This document shows, piece after piece, positions 25,395-39,635 of a stretch of 64,000 nucleotides of DNA (its first letter is position 1; every line of letters starts with the position of its first letter). Origin of the DNA: Octopus vulgaris (lineage: Eukaryota). Made by a program: the position numbers and the translations under genes. The notes under the pieces are model-generated. The model worked only from the letters and a program-made list of their open reading frames with translations, was not told the origin of the DNA and ran no database searches. Location of the stretch: assembly GCA_951406725.2 (NCBI GenBank), contig OX597814.1, positions 135,160,001 through 135,224,000 of the forward strand, in the 5' to 3' direction.

Positions 25395-25785
25395 CTATAT
25401 AATATTAAAAGTCTGTGATTGCTTGCTTGCATGCTTGTCTGTAATTTAATACAGCCAAACCAGTGCATAATAGGAAAATACTCTGAAAGTAAGTTGCCCC
25501 TGAAATGTGAATACAAACAGGATAAAAAAATTTCGCATAAATCAGACCACATATTCCTGAGATATGCAGTTTTATTTTGGTTTGTTTTCACAAATTTAAG
25601 TAGGGAAATCTGGAGTTATTGCCCTATACTGCGAACACCTGGATAGTTTTGTTTGCATGTGTGCTTGTCTGTAATTTAATACAGCCAAACCGATGCATAA
25701 TGGGAAAATACTCTGAAATGGGAATACATACAGAATAAAACAAGTTTCATGAAAATTGGACCACAGGTTCCTGAGATATGCTATT
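25395..25785 (+). repeat. Dispersed non-autonomous element with an internal direct duplication of about 130 bp
   Basis: GCTTGTCTGTAATTTAATACAGCCAAACC..CCTGAGATATGC at about 25433 and 25663; Helitron-like TCTATATAAT start. Confidence 0.5.
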
Positions 25786-26457
25786 TTTACGGGTACTTTG
25801 AACTATTGGTGACCCAATGGGTCATGGGTTGTCTAGTTGCTATTAAAGCTATTGTGATCATGGTGTCTACCAAAAACACTGTCACTTTTGGTGCCTTCAA
25901 CCAGTTAAAGAGGTTGGAGACACATTTGTTGACGTCAGTCCGTCTGATGTTTGACAGCTCTTGATAAAAGTAATTTGAGTCACTATGTTGAGGAAAGACT
26001 ACTAGTTTGAGGAACTATGTTCGAGACCCAGAACTATCACAAATATAAAGCAAACACAACAGACAGCATTATTTGATTCTTTTCACATTTATATTTAAAT
26101 GAAGATATAACTACATCAATAAAGCTGTAGCAAAATATCCAGCAATCACCTGATGTCGCAATTCGCCTGAATGTTGCCTACATGATCCAGTGAACCTGAC
26201 CAATCGCTGATTGCTCACATGATCAACAAAATCTGGCCAATCACGACTCCACGTGGAATAGACTCCAGTGACAATCTCAACTTTTGGTGCTCTTGTTTCT
26301 GAGTTCCTCAACTGGTATAAAATGACACACACACGCCCACCACTCAAAGAGCTTTGGGATGTAGCAGAGAGTAGAGCTGGAAAGTCAGCAGAGACAATGC
26401 GGCTAGACAGACAGGGAAGAGATGCAGACAACAACACAGAACTAATATCATCATAAT

Positions 26458-26738
26458 GAATTATAGGCCACAACAACTAACAGTAACTTTTTGAATACTA
26501 TTACAATTACACCAAGAACAACAACATCCAAACTCTTTCAACGTTTGTTGTTTGTAGTAACAACAGTATTTGTCTTTTGCTTGTGTACGAAAAGAATAAA
26601 AGTTTGTTGTTAAAGATCCTATCTGATTTCGTTGTCTTCTTCTATGTACCACTGTTGACCTTCGACGCTAGAAACAACAGTTAGCATTCGCCTAAGTACA
26701 ATAGCAGTCAGCTCAAGCTTTAGTACAAGTGGTGACCC
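26458..26738 (+). mobile_element. Possible LTR 3' portion followed by a primer-binding site
   Basis: AATAAA at 26595, ..TAGTACA end, then TGGTGACCC at 26730; no partner LTR seen. Confidence 0.35.
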
Positions 26739-27479
26739 ATTATACAACCACAAAACAAAACAAAGTGAACTGAGAATTGAAACTAGATCGTGGACAATGT
26801 TTGCAGAGAAGACAACAGTAACACTCTCTAAAATGCTCGGTTAGCATATTAAGAGCAAAACGTTTATTATTTTTATGTTATTTTGCTAAAGTAGTGTGAA
26901 AAAGCATATTTACTTAACTGAACTCAAAAAGTATTTGATTTCCTCTTTTCTTTTTAAGTTCAAATCTCATCAAGTCGATCTTGTCATTCTTCTTGGGTCG
27001 ATTTATTGATTGTATCACTCCTACGGTTTATGGCCCTGTGCCAGTGTGATAAATCAATACACATGTTTTTATGTGCTAGAAGCAGCTGAGACAATAGAGC
27101 ATTGTGCTGCGAGGTACATAAATGTGGATTGCTATCTCATTATTCTAAGTTCAAACCGTACCAAGCTCAACCTGCTTTTTCATTTTTTCAGGGGCTCAGT
27201 AAATAAGTAACACTAAGATAAGATGATTGTTTCAATTAGTTGGATCTCCACTATTATTAAAAACAAACAAACAAACAATAACACTCTCGACAGCCTTGTG
27301 TCTTATAAACAAATATTTAGTTTTTCCAACTATTTCCAAGTTCCGACTGAAATTTTAAATGTATCCGATACAGTTAATACCTGTCATGTATGCAGTCAGT
27401 TTAATAGACTTTGCTCCTCCCATACTTATCTGTGGTCAAATGCCAACACGGAAAATCAATATTATCTATTGCGAAAATA

Positions 27480-27815
27480 AAAGAAAGTTAGAACTTATCA
27501 ATGAAAGCGGCTGTTGACGGAAAGTTGCGGTCTTTACCGAATTGTCAACTCTCTATTTCTGCATTCCAAACGTCACTATCGGCTGGCTTCTCCAGTCATT
27601 AACATAGTTTCATTTTTCGTTTCTAAACTCTGCCTTCTCCGTTATATTCTCCCATTTGTTGTCGGTGTGGGAAACTGTTAACTTTATTTTCTGCTAGTCT
27701 TTATTTATTGCTTGACCGACGTCTCTTTCGCTCGCTCTCTTGTAAAAGGCAGACGAATTATGGAAAATACTAAACTGGAACAAAACAATATGTTAAAAAG
27801 TACATAGCGGTAAGT
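27480..27815 (+). promoter_or_regulatory. Candidate promoter / non-coding first exon of a host transcript
   Basis: Unique, CpG-retaining sequence ending at a strong donor CG|GTAAGT (27809/27810). Confidence 0.3.
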
Positions 27816-28180
27816 TTGTTAATTTTCTTATGTTGTTCCACCCACGTTTTTCTTCTGAGACATTCGTGGTTTTTTAGTTATAGTGATCATGCTTAATCTT
27901 CGATCTTAGAAATACGAAATACAAGTATTTGTTTTGCAAACACCTGTTTCCAAATAAACGAAAACAGATAGATTGAAAATAAACAAAGACTAAAAAGCAA
28001 ACTCATATCTTTCTTTCCGCCCTTATTCACTTTTCCAACTTCAGCTTCCAACACTTTCATTCTCGCCTTCTCTTTCACTCTCTCACTCTTTCTTGTTATT
28101 TTATCTCCCTCATTTTTTTTTTTCGCAAATCCCGATCTCCCGTTGTTTTTCTTTTAGATTCTCGTTCCTTCTACCGTCTG

Positions 28181-28236
<56 letters not shown>

Positions 28237-28237
28237 C

Positions 28238-28291
<54 letters not shown>

Positions 28292-28887
28292 CTGTCTGTC
28301 TGTCTGTCAATCACTTCATCTCTATTTTCGATTCTTCTACTATCTCTCTTTCTTGCCTGTCTTGCCCACACTTGCCATTTCCATTTGTCCTGTTACCTAA
28401 CCCACCTGCTTGACTTACCGCTTCTCTCTTTTCTCTCATAGTTTGTCTAACCCAGTGGTTCTCGCACTGACAAATACCGGGTTTCGTCTCAAAAGTAGTG
28501 AAGGTTTTTGCACCTTTTTCTTGTTAACGATCAAAATGTGTGGGGTTGCATTGATGTAAATTTTCTTTTGCCATAGTGTTTAGAAGTTTAAAAAGTTTAA
28601 GACCATATTGTTTTCAGGCGATCTTTCAGATAAAGTCTATCAAAACTGAAAATATTTGTTCGGCAATTTGTCTAGAACTTTTCACTTCTCACTCCCATTA
28701 ATCTAACCCGCACTTCTATCTCTGTTTCTCCTATCATCTTTCTCACCTGTCACGTTCATTCTTTTCTATGAATTAATCCATCTGTAAAGTTCTTGTAAGA
28801 TTATTAGAATGTAACGAACTCTTATACGTTGTGTAATTTCATGGTGTGATTTATTACAAGTATTTTTCTTTTTGCTTTCCCATTCAT

Positions 28888-28939
<52 letters not shown>

Positions 28940-28965
28940 ATAGATAGATATATAGATATATAGAT

Positions 28966-30754
<1,789 letters not shown>

Positions 30755-30791
30755 CTATCTATTTTTCTATCTCTCTCTATGTCTATCTATC

Positions 30792-30825
<34 letters not shown>

Positions 30826-30899
30826 ATAAATTAATAAATAAAATAAACCATATGCATATATACATACATATATGTACGTACCTACCTCTACATGTATAT

Positions 30900-31260
30900 A
30901 TACATGCAATATGGGTACAGGACACCCAAAAAATGTCGAACACAATAAGAAACGAAAACATAAACACAAAACCAAGGAAATGGACATTTTTCTTAAACAA
31001 CGATAAAATAGAGTACAGGACATACAATACAAGGAAAATTCCCCTTTTTCAGTCACCTTTGTTTCATCTACTCCGCGTTTCGAAGGTCAAGGCAAGACAC
31101 GACTTTAATGAAACATTCCTTCCCGTGAAAAGCAAATTAAATAAAATTTGAGACTTTTTTGTGGAGGGGTAAAAATGGTAACAAAAACGGGACAGTAAAG
31201 ACAGTACAAAATATAAACAGTAAAGGACAGGACAAGGAGAATAACAGTAACACAAACATT
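30900..31260 (-). repeat. Dispersed repeat related to 13709-14341 (probable PLE 3' end)
   Basis: Shared GAAAC..GAGTAGATG..CTGA..AGGG..GTCCTG..GTCCTGTACCCATA order. Confidence 0.55.
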
Positions 31261-31280
31261 GAGAGCTGTTATATATATAT

Positions 31281-31691
31281 TCTTTATTCTTTTATTCTTT
31301 TACTTGTTTCAGTCATTTGACTGCGGCCATGCTGGAGCACCGCCTTTTAGTCGAGCAAATCGACCCCGGGACTTATTCTTTGTAAGCCCAGTACTTATTC
31401 TATCGGTCTCTTTTGCTGAACCGCTAAGTGACGGGGACATAAACACACCAGCATCGGTTGTCAAGCAATGCTAGGGGGACAAACACATACACACACACAC
31501 ATATATATATATATATACATACATATATACGACAGGCTTCTTTCAGTTTCCGTCTACCAAATCCACTCACAAGGCATTGGTCGGCCTGGGGCTATAGCAG
31601 AAGACACTTTCCCAAGGTGCCATGCAGTGGGACTGAACCCGGAACCATGTGGTTGGTTAGCAAGCTACTTACCACACAGCCACTCCTGCGC
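31281..31691 (-). mobile_element. SINE family A, full-length young copy
   Basis: Complete head GGCGCAGGAGTGGCTGTGTGGTAAG through tail GCGGTGCTCCAGCATGGCCGCAG..AAAAGAAT. Confidence 0.9.
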
Positions 31692-31740
31692 CTATATATA
31701 TATATATATACATATGATGATTTATATATATATATATATA

Positions 31741-32703
31741 TCTACTACATATGTGGAAAATCAGTGTGTGTTTGTTTGTGGCGTTGTTAGTTAACTCTTC
31801 CTACATTGTTTTATTGATTTTGATGAAACTTAACATATGAGTAGAACTCCTGTCTGATAACCTTGTGACATACTTAGATTGTCGAAAAAAATTGATAAAA
31901 CAGTCCCTGGAAGGGACCTTTATATCTACCTCATATAACTAATTTTTAAACACCCAAGGGAAATAACCCATAGCACCTGTACGATATTTTTTAAACATTC
32001 AAGGGAAATAATCCATTTCATTGTTTATGTTCGATTACTTTGAATATTGATTTTGTCTGTGTCTTATTTCTAATTTTTGCAGACAAAAATATTTGATCCT
32101 CATGATCAGCCGACCCAATTCTGCATTTCACTACTCACAGTTTTGAACTGCTAAACATTATTATTGCACTTCCTTAATTTGAATCTTAAACATTAAAAAC
32201 TTCAATCATACATTTCTATACAAATATACGTTTTGAATTTCCATTAATCCGATAATTCTGCATTTTTACAGTTACACTTTTTCCATGACAGTAGAAAAAT
32301 TTTTATTCCACAACATATTTATAGTTGCTTCATGCAGGCATAGCATGGATTTGATCCTTGATTGCCAAATTTCACTTAACACTTCAACAGCGCTTTACTC
32401 ACAGTAAAACAATAGTTTTTCTGTGAATGACAGCAGTTATACATTTCTCAGATGTCTTCGCTAAGCAGAATAATGTCTTTGCCTCTCACCAACCTCTGAC
32501 AATCTTTCTAGCCAACCTTTGAAAATCTCTCTTGCCAACTTCTGAAAACCTTTCCTCCTCCAGCTGACAGTTTTTTGTACTTTTTTGTAACGGAAAATAC
32601 ACCTTTTGTGGCAGTTATAATGAAATTGTTTACTTATATCAGAGTACTAAGGCATTTCAATAGAACATCTTTACTCCCGGGAATTATTGGGTACATCAGC
32701 TAG
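31741..32703 (+). mobile_element. Non-autonomous Helitron
   Basis: 5' TCTACTA, 3' CCCGGGAATTATTGGG hairpin followed by CTAG, within (TA)n. Confidence 0.7.
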
Positions 32704-33505
32704 TATATATATATGAAGTGGTAGTACTAATTTGAATATGGCCTGAGTTATAAAGCATACACACAGAATATACATATATTTGTGTGTGTATATTTACACA
32801 CACACACACACACACACACTCAATCATCACCATCATTTAATGAACTTTGCCAAAATTGCATGGATCAGATAGAATTTGTGGAGGTAGATTTTTCTATAGC
32901 CAAATGCCCTTCCTGTCACCAACTCTCACCTGTTTCTAGTATGTACATACACATGCATGCACGAGCATGTGCACACACAGATACATACACACACGCCCCC
33001 CCCCACAGAAGCAATATTTAAGTTCATCCATTTGATATCTGTTTTTCCTTGTCAGCAAGGAAAATTGATTCTAGATTTTACAACTCAATGATCTTCTTGC
33101 TGCCAATCCTTACCTTTTTTGTTTCAAATGAGGGATTTTTTTATTCTGCCAGTCTTTGAAAGCATAGTGTGATTAGTGAGGTCCACAAGGAATATAATGT
33201 CAGTGTTTCTCTCAAACGGGACAAGCAAAGCCATGGAATGTAAACATTCACGCACACACAAATACATGTAGTAGAGTTTCCACACAATTTTTGTGTACCA
33301 AATTGATTCACATGGCATTAATATTAATTAGTATGGGACCATAGTGGTGCTGTGTAGTGGAATTGAATCTGAAAGCTCATGGTTGTGAAGTGAACTTTAT
33401 CTATTTAATAGTTCTTTTCACTTTAATGTCACTGTGTGGTTAAATACATTGCCTCCATTGGATGAATCATGGTAACAATGGCCCTACTAGTTGACACACC
33501 ACCAG

Positions 33506-33578
33506 CTTCTTCTTCTTCTTCTTCTTCTTCTTCTTCTTCTTCTTCTTCTTCTTCTTCTTCTTCTTCTTCTTCTTCTTC
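33506..33578. repeat. (CTT)n microsatellite
   Basis: Direct reading of the sequence. Confidence 0.95.
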
Positions 33579-34033
33579 ACCTTCTTCCATTTGTTTTCTT
33601 TCCCCTCCTTCCCTTTCTCTCTCCTATCATTATATGTATCTACTCTCTTGATTCGCCCCCCCCCCCACATGATTTCTTCCCTACAGACCCATCTTTCATA
33701 CACACCTGTAATTTAAAAAATTTTCATTTTCCCCAAATACTTCCAAGGTCTGATAGATGCACAATGCTATAGCATGTCTTTGATGCAAGTCTGAGGAAGT
33801 GCCTCTCCAATGCCTAAAACTGCATATATTACATAATTTTTGTTTTAGAATTTCTGTGTAAACTGGCATTGCAAATAGAGATGGTACAGAAACATGTGTT
33901 GCATACAGTTAAAAATGTGTTGAAGAATTATCTTTTGTCTTCTTTTCATTGGTATATATTGTATATAAGTGTGTCTGTATATATATATAAGTCAGTAAAT
34001 GGTGGGGTTGTGTTAACTGCACGTGGAGAAATG

Positions 34034-34194
34034 ATAGGAGAGGAATAAATAATAAGGCAGAATGCTAAATTGAAAGTAAATTTTAATAAAAATGGGTGCT
34101 TGAAAAATTAATTTAAAAAATTTTCCATACACCCATTTTTATTAAAAATTACTTTCAATTTAGCATTCTGCCTTATTATTTTTTCCTCTCCTAT
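34034..34194. repeat. Foldback palindrome (about 65-bp arms)
   Basis: ATAGGAGAGGAA..AATAATAAGGCAGAATGCTAAATTGAAAGTAA..AATGGGTG and its reverse complement. Confidence 0.9.
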
Positions 34195-34206
34195 ACATAC
34201 ATACAT

Positions 34207-34253
<47 letters not shown>

Positions 34254-34256
<3 letters not shown>

Positions 34257-34463
34257 GGTGTCCCAGAAGTTGCGCACCATCCTGGTTTTTTTAAAAGAAT
34301 ACATCCTTATTGATTTCAAAAACACTTTATTGAAATTAATTGTAACAAATGCTCAAATTGAGCACCCTCTACAATAAAACATGCAGAAAAAATATAATAA
34401 AATAAAATGCTTTAATTATTTTAAATGAAAACCAGACTAGTGCGCAACTTCTGGGATACCCTG
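34254..34463. mobile_element. Tc1/mariner-type MITE
   Basis: TIR CAGGGTGTCCCAGAAGTTGCGCAC / GTGCGCAACTTCTGGGATACCCTG with TA TSD. Confidence 0.9.
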
Positions 34464-34520
34464 TATATATTAAGTGAGAATTTTACAAAAAAAAAAAAAA
34501 ACAAGACAAAGACATATGAA

Positions 34521-34867
34521 ACAAGTTAAAAATAATGGTCATTACATATAACTCCTTTGAGTAAATTTGACTTATAGCTGTTTCCAGTAGTCATTATAGG
34601 TACATTACTGATAGGTTTACTTAACTGGTCTATTGATCAATTGAGGCAAATTGAACTACCTAAGAAAATTAATGCTACTTTCATCAAGGTCATTTCTGGA
34701 TATAATGAGCATTAATTTTCTTAGGTCATTCAATTTGTTTCAATTGATCAATAGACCAATTGAGTAAACCTAGCAGTAATGTACCTATAATGATTACTGG
34801 AAACAGCTGTAAGCCAAATCAGCTCAAATAAAGGAATTATATGTGATGACCATTATTTTTAACTTGT
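34521..34867. repeat. Foldback palindrome (about 155-bp arms) with an HHR 3' half
   Basis: Arms are reverse complements; CAGTAAT..ATTACTG-GAAACAGCTGTAAG at 34774-34813. Confidence 0.85.
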
Positions 34868-35072
34868 CTCTTATATATCACTCTGTGTAAAACCAGTTTA
34901 TTTGGAGCCCGTCCACGAATTTACAATATAGAATTTTGATGAATCATAACTTGGGACCCTACCAAAAGATTACTTGAAGATTTTCACTAACCTAAGTGAT
35001 ATTGTTAGCCTGGTGTGCCAACAGATAGCTTATGAAGTATTTTTGCCTGGATTGATAATCCCTCACTATTTG

Positions 35073-35384
35073 TTGCAGCGTAGAAGGTGTTTATAAACCA
35101 TTTAAAAACACACAAAGTCCATTAGATTCACTTCACCATTTAAATTTAATTTGTCAAAATATTTTCATTGCTTTGAAATTGTGACCTGTTCACTGACAAA
35201 ATTCCATGCTGTTACAGTTTCAAAGCAGTGAAAATATTTTGACAAATTAAATTTAAATGTTGAAGTGAATCTAATGGTTTTTGGTTGTTTTTTAAATGGC
35301 TTATAAACACCTTCCATGCTGCAATTATTTTTGCTTCAACACATGATCTCAGATCAAGTTACTTGCTATGCAAGTACATCTCTG
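35073..35384. mobile_element. Palindromic MITE (same family as 5952-6182)
   Basis: Self-complementary arms; terminus CATCTCTG-TA. Confidence 0.8.
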
Positions 35385-35658
35385 TAAAATATATATATAT
35401 ATATATATAGCTAGCATCATCAATAGTCCATATATCCCCCAAAAGAAGACACTCCAAGACATTAGAGAATATATCTATGGAAGGTTGATTGTTATGGCCA
35501 GTCAGAGAGTCACCAATGGTTTTGCACCTATAAAGTGCTCCAGTTGTAGAGAGGTTATGTGCCTGTGATCATTTCAATCTAATCAGTTGCCTATACATCT
35601 AAGTGTTTTATAGGTGCGAAACCAATGTCACTCTATGACTGGCCATAACAATCAACCC

Positions 35659-35737
<79 letters not shown>

Positions 35738-35744
35738 CTCCAAG

Positions 35745-36020
35745 TACCTTTCTCTTTATTTTATCTATCCTGAAGGGGTTAAAGGTGAAATTAACCATGG
35801 AGGATTTGAACTCAGAACATAAAAGAGCTGGAACAAATATTGGTTTCAAATTTTGGCTTAAGGCCAGCAATTTCAAGGGAGGGGTTATGTTGATTATATC
35901 GACCCCAGTACCCAACTGGTACTTATTTTATCGATCCTGAAAAAATGAAAAGTCAACTCCGACAGAATTTGAACTCAGAACATAAAGACTGACAAAATGC
36001 TGGTAAGTTCACTGCCTTAG
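35745..36020 (-). mobile_element. SINE family B fragments (nested)
   Basis: GTACTTATTTTATCGATCCTGAA..GAATTTGAACTCAGAAC, twice. Confidence 0.7.
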
Positions 36021-36568
36021 CTGGAACAAATATTGCAAAGCATTTAAATTCAACATTTTAATGATTCTGTCAGCTCAATGCCTTTTCTATTACACATATG
36101 AGCATTGCATTTCTGATCCAATACACACATATATTTTTTAATGAGATATTTATTTTTAGTAAGATTAGTTAAGTTTCACTGATGATGCCATCAAATTGGT
36201 CAATATAATGTGACCAATCATCTCAATGAATTCAGTATGGATTTAATTATAATTATATAGGAGAAAAAAAAATATTTTGTCAGTTTTGCAAGATGCTGTC
36301 AACTACTTTAATTTCATTGTTTTATATTTCTATAATCAACATTTCACTTCCTGAATCAATATATTGTATAATTGAGAAAATAAAATGTGTCTGAGTATTT
36401 AACCATTTTAGGGCCTTATTTTTTTAATGAAAAACAGTATATATGTGTCTCCATTAATTTTGAATGTATTCAACAATTTGGGGTTTTTAGTCAGTTCACT
36501 TTTATAATTATTTCTATAATTCTTTTTTGGAACAGTGGATCTTGAGGCATACAAATAAAGCTATAGAT

Positions 36569-36670
36569 TATAGACTGTAAATATTGGGTTGAAAAGCCCT
36601 TTTATATAGAAAGAGTCAAAAGCTCCCTGCATTCAAATGGGTTTTTTCAAGCCAATATTTACATGCTATA
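36569..36670. repeat. Short foldback palindrome
   Basis: TGTAAATATTGGGTTGAAAAGCCC / GGGTTTTTTCAAGCCAATATTTACA. Confidence 0.75.
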
Positions 36671-36880
36671 AGGCCAGCAAGCTGGCAGAATTGTAAGCAT
36701 GCCTGGCAACATGCTTAGCAGCATTTCATCTTTACATTCTAAGTTTCAATTCCGCCGAGGTCAATTTTGCCTTTCATCCTTTTAGGGTCAATAAAGTAAG
36801 TACCAGTTGAACACTGGGGTTGATATAATTGATTTACCCCCTCCCCTGAATTTGCTGGCCTTGTGCCAAAATTTAAATCC
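36671..36880 (+). mobile_element. SINE family B
   Basis: AGCTGGCAGAATTG..TTCCGCCGAGGTC..GCCTTTCATCCT..AAGTACCAG. Confidence 0.8.
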
Positions 36881-38330
36881 AATGTTTATATCTATTTTTG
36901 TGTGCTTTGGGTTCACTATTATAAAAAAGAATTATTTCACGTTCTCTCAAGTTTATAACATTTTTATGATGTCAGCAATTTATTTCTATATGAAGATGAT
37001 GTTTAAACATAACTTATCAAAAGGTTCTTATATAAAATTATGATGGGAAGTTCTACTTTACATATGGACACTTTAAAATGAGAAATTTGGTATCAAGAAC
37101 CAAACAGCTTGGTATCCAAAGGGTTGAAGTTATAAATGAAGTAAATTGATGACTGACTGGTAACATAATACTGTGTTGAGTATTAGGACTGTGACATTTG
37201 CAAGTTTCAGCAATTTCACTTCACTTCTGTTGCTACTGCACTGTCTCCTTTCACTGAATTCAATAAGACTAATCACTCATTGATAGATGATACTTCTGTT
37301 TCTCCAGGGTCAATAAAATAATCATCATGCATTTGATATCTGACTGGTTTTTTTTTTTATATTTTGCTTCTGTGAGAAATAAAACTTTATTTGGTTACAT
37401 TCACACATATGCACAACCATAACTACACCAAGTCAATGAGAGATGTCTATGTGGTTACTCGATCTACTAGAAATAGCAGCCAACCCCTTCCAAGTTCCTG
37501 TCTTAAAAACAAACACATTGGATAATGTGATCCTGTATACACTGTCTAAAAACAGATAGGATAGTCATGGTTGGAACATATTTGGTCATAAGTCTGCTCA
37601 GTCAGAATTTGGGGTTAAACAACAACAAACAACCATAATTTTTCTGTAAAAATAGATTTTAATGATTCTATACATGAAATTTTTAGTAGGGAAGTAGTTT
37701 AATCTTTTGAGACATCTTTTACTAATATATATCCTCTATTATCAATTACTTGACTTTTAGAGATCAGAGGTATCAATGAGTGATTAACTATATTGTTTCT
37801 TAATGGTACTTATGTTATCAAGGGGGAGTGTTCAAATTAGAAATGTACATTAGTGAGCTAAATATGTGACTTTGCTTCCTGCCATTTACACTGTATAATC
37901 TATTATAAGAAAGTAAAATGAAATGAAATTATAAACAACCCTAAATACCAGACTTGAGTAATTGCATTGTTGATTTACTGCATAGATATAGAAAAATGTC
38001 ATAATTTCCCTTTATTACATGAGGTAGAAAAGTTCAGGTTTTTCTCCCTTATCCCTGCTTTCATTATCATCATCATCATTTTGATGTTCACTTTTCCATG
38101 CTTGCATGGGTTGGACAGAATTTGTGTGAAGCAGATTTTCTACAGCTGGATGCTCTTCCTGCCACCAACCCTCAGCTGTTTCCAAGTAAGGTAATATTCA
38201 TGCTTTTACTGAAGAGTGGAAGAGAAGGACATGGCTTGCATGTTTTTGACAGTCATTAACAGCCATCACATGATGCCTAGACAAGGAGACCATAAAACAT
38301 ACACATGCATACTCACATGCATTACTGTTG

Positions 38331-38441
38331 TTGGTAACAAAGGGCCTCTCCTTCAGAGTGAAAGACAGATTGTATGATGCCTATGTATAAACAGCCATGC
38401 TACATGGCAGTGAAATATTGGCTGTGACTACAGAGGACATG
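38331..38441 (+). pseudogene. RTE ORF fragment
   Basis: LVTKGLSFRVKDRLYDAYV*TAMLHGSE.LAVT. Confidence 0.7.
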
Positions 38442-38647
38442 AAAATTAACACAGGTTATAGGACAGAATTAACACAGGTTATAGGAACATAAACCTTCTT
38501 CCATGAAAATATAGCTTAAACTGTGCTCTAAATGGAGGTGTAGTCAAATCCTATTTTATGGACTCAGTCGTGTTCTAAAATAAGTCAAAAGGTAATCTAC
38601 TATAAATCGGCATGAACTTTCTGGACAACCCAATAATATATATATAT

Positions 38648-38747
<100 letters not shown>

Positions 38748-38989
38748 TTATATACGCAGTAGGACTGAACTGCCAAAAATGGAAAAGAAAGAAAATGGCT
38801 TGTCTAAGGATTTTGGAGATGTAATGTAGTAAAACATGACCATCAATTCTGAAGACTACTGCAGCTGGATAGGAATCAGGCAAATATTATTTATCAAAAG
38901 TATTGACTGATGTGTGAAAGAAGTGTGAAGACTTGGCATTTAAACTTGTAGAGGAACATGTATACATATATAATGCTGGTCTTTGCTCA

Positions 38990-39268
38990 TTCATATTGCT
39001 ACACTCCATTGGTCACAATGTGCTTCCTTGCATTGTTGTAGCTTTCAAATGATGCTACCCTGCCAGCTGGGAAAGCAGGCCTATGGTATATAAGTAATTG
39101 AAGTCATTACATTCTCACTAAATGGGGTGCTAGTCTATTGCAGGGGACCTCATTTACAGCTGAGTGGACTGAAGCAACATGAAATGAAGTGTTTTACTCA
39201 AGAACACAATGCATCACCCAATTCAGGGATTGAAACCACAATCTTACGAGTGCAATATCCCAACACAT
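38990..39268 (-). mobile_element. tRNA-derived SINE family C, decayed
   Basis: B box GGTTTCAATCCC, then GTGTTCTTGAGTAAAACACTT..CAGTCCACTCAGCTGTAAATGAG. Confidence 0.65.
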
Positions 39269-39287
39269 GGTATTAAAAATATCATTG

Positions 39288-39635
39288 ACCGTTGCCAGCA
39301 CCACCCCGACTGGCCTCCATGCCAGTGGCATGTAAAAAGCACCATCTGATCGTGGCCATTGCCAGCCTCGCCTGGCCTCCGTGCCGGTGGCACGTGAAAA
39401 ACACCATCTGACCGTGGCCGTTTGCCAGCCCTGTCTGGCACCTGTGCCGGTGGCACGTAAAAAGCACCCACTACACTCATGGAGTGGTTAGCGTTAGGAA
39501 GGGCATCCAGCTGTAGAAACATTGCCAGATCAGACTGGGCATGGTGCAGCCTTCTGGCTTCCCAGACCCCAGTTGAACCGTCCAACCCATGCCAGCATGG
39601 AAAGCGGATGCTAAACGATAATGATGATGATGATG
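39288..39635 (+). mobile_element. RTE 3'UTR with about 2.5 array units
   Basis: Same units and (GAT)n tail as the 7072 and 50204 copies. Confidence 0.85.

Noticed and set aside
31030-31130. Hammerhead in the 630-bp repeat family (CTGATGA at about 14209 and 19330; GAAACGCG at about 31075, minus)
   Set aside because: Core halves are in an order and spacing that I could not fold into a three-way junction
33467-33772. Poly-K/S/L ORFs
   Set aside because: (CTT)n repeat
33848-33951. Small host exon (TTTTAG..ATG..G|GTATAT)
   Set aside because: Weak donor and no recognisable product
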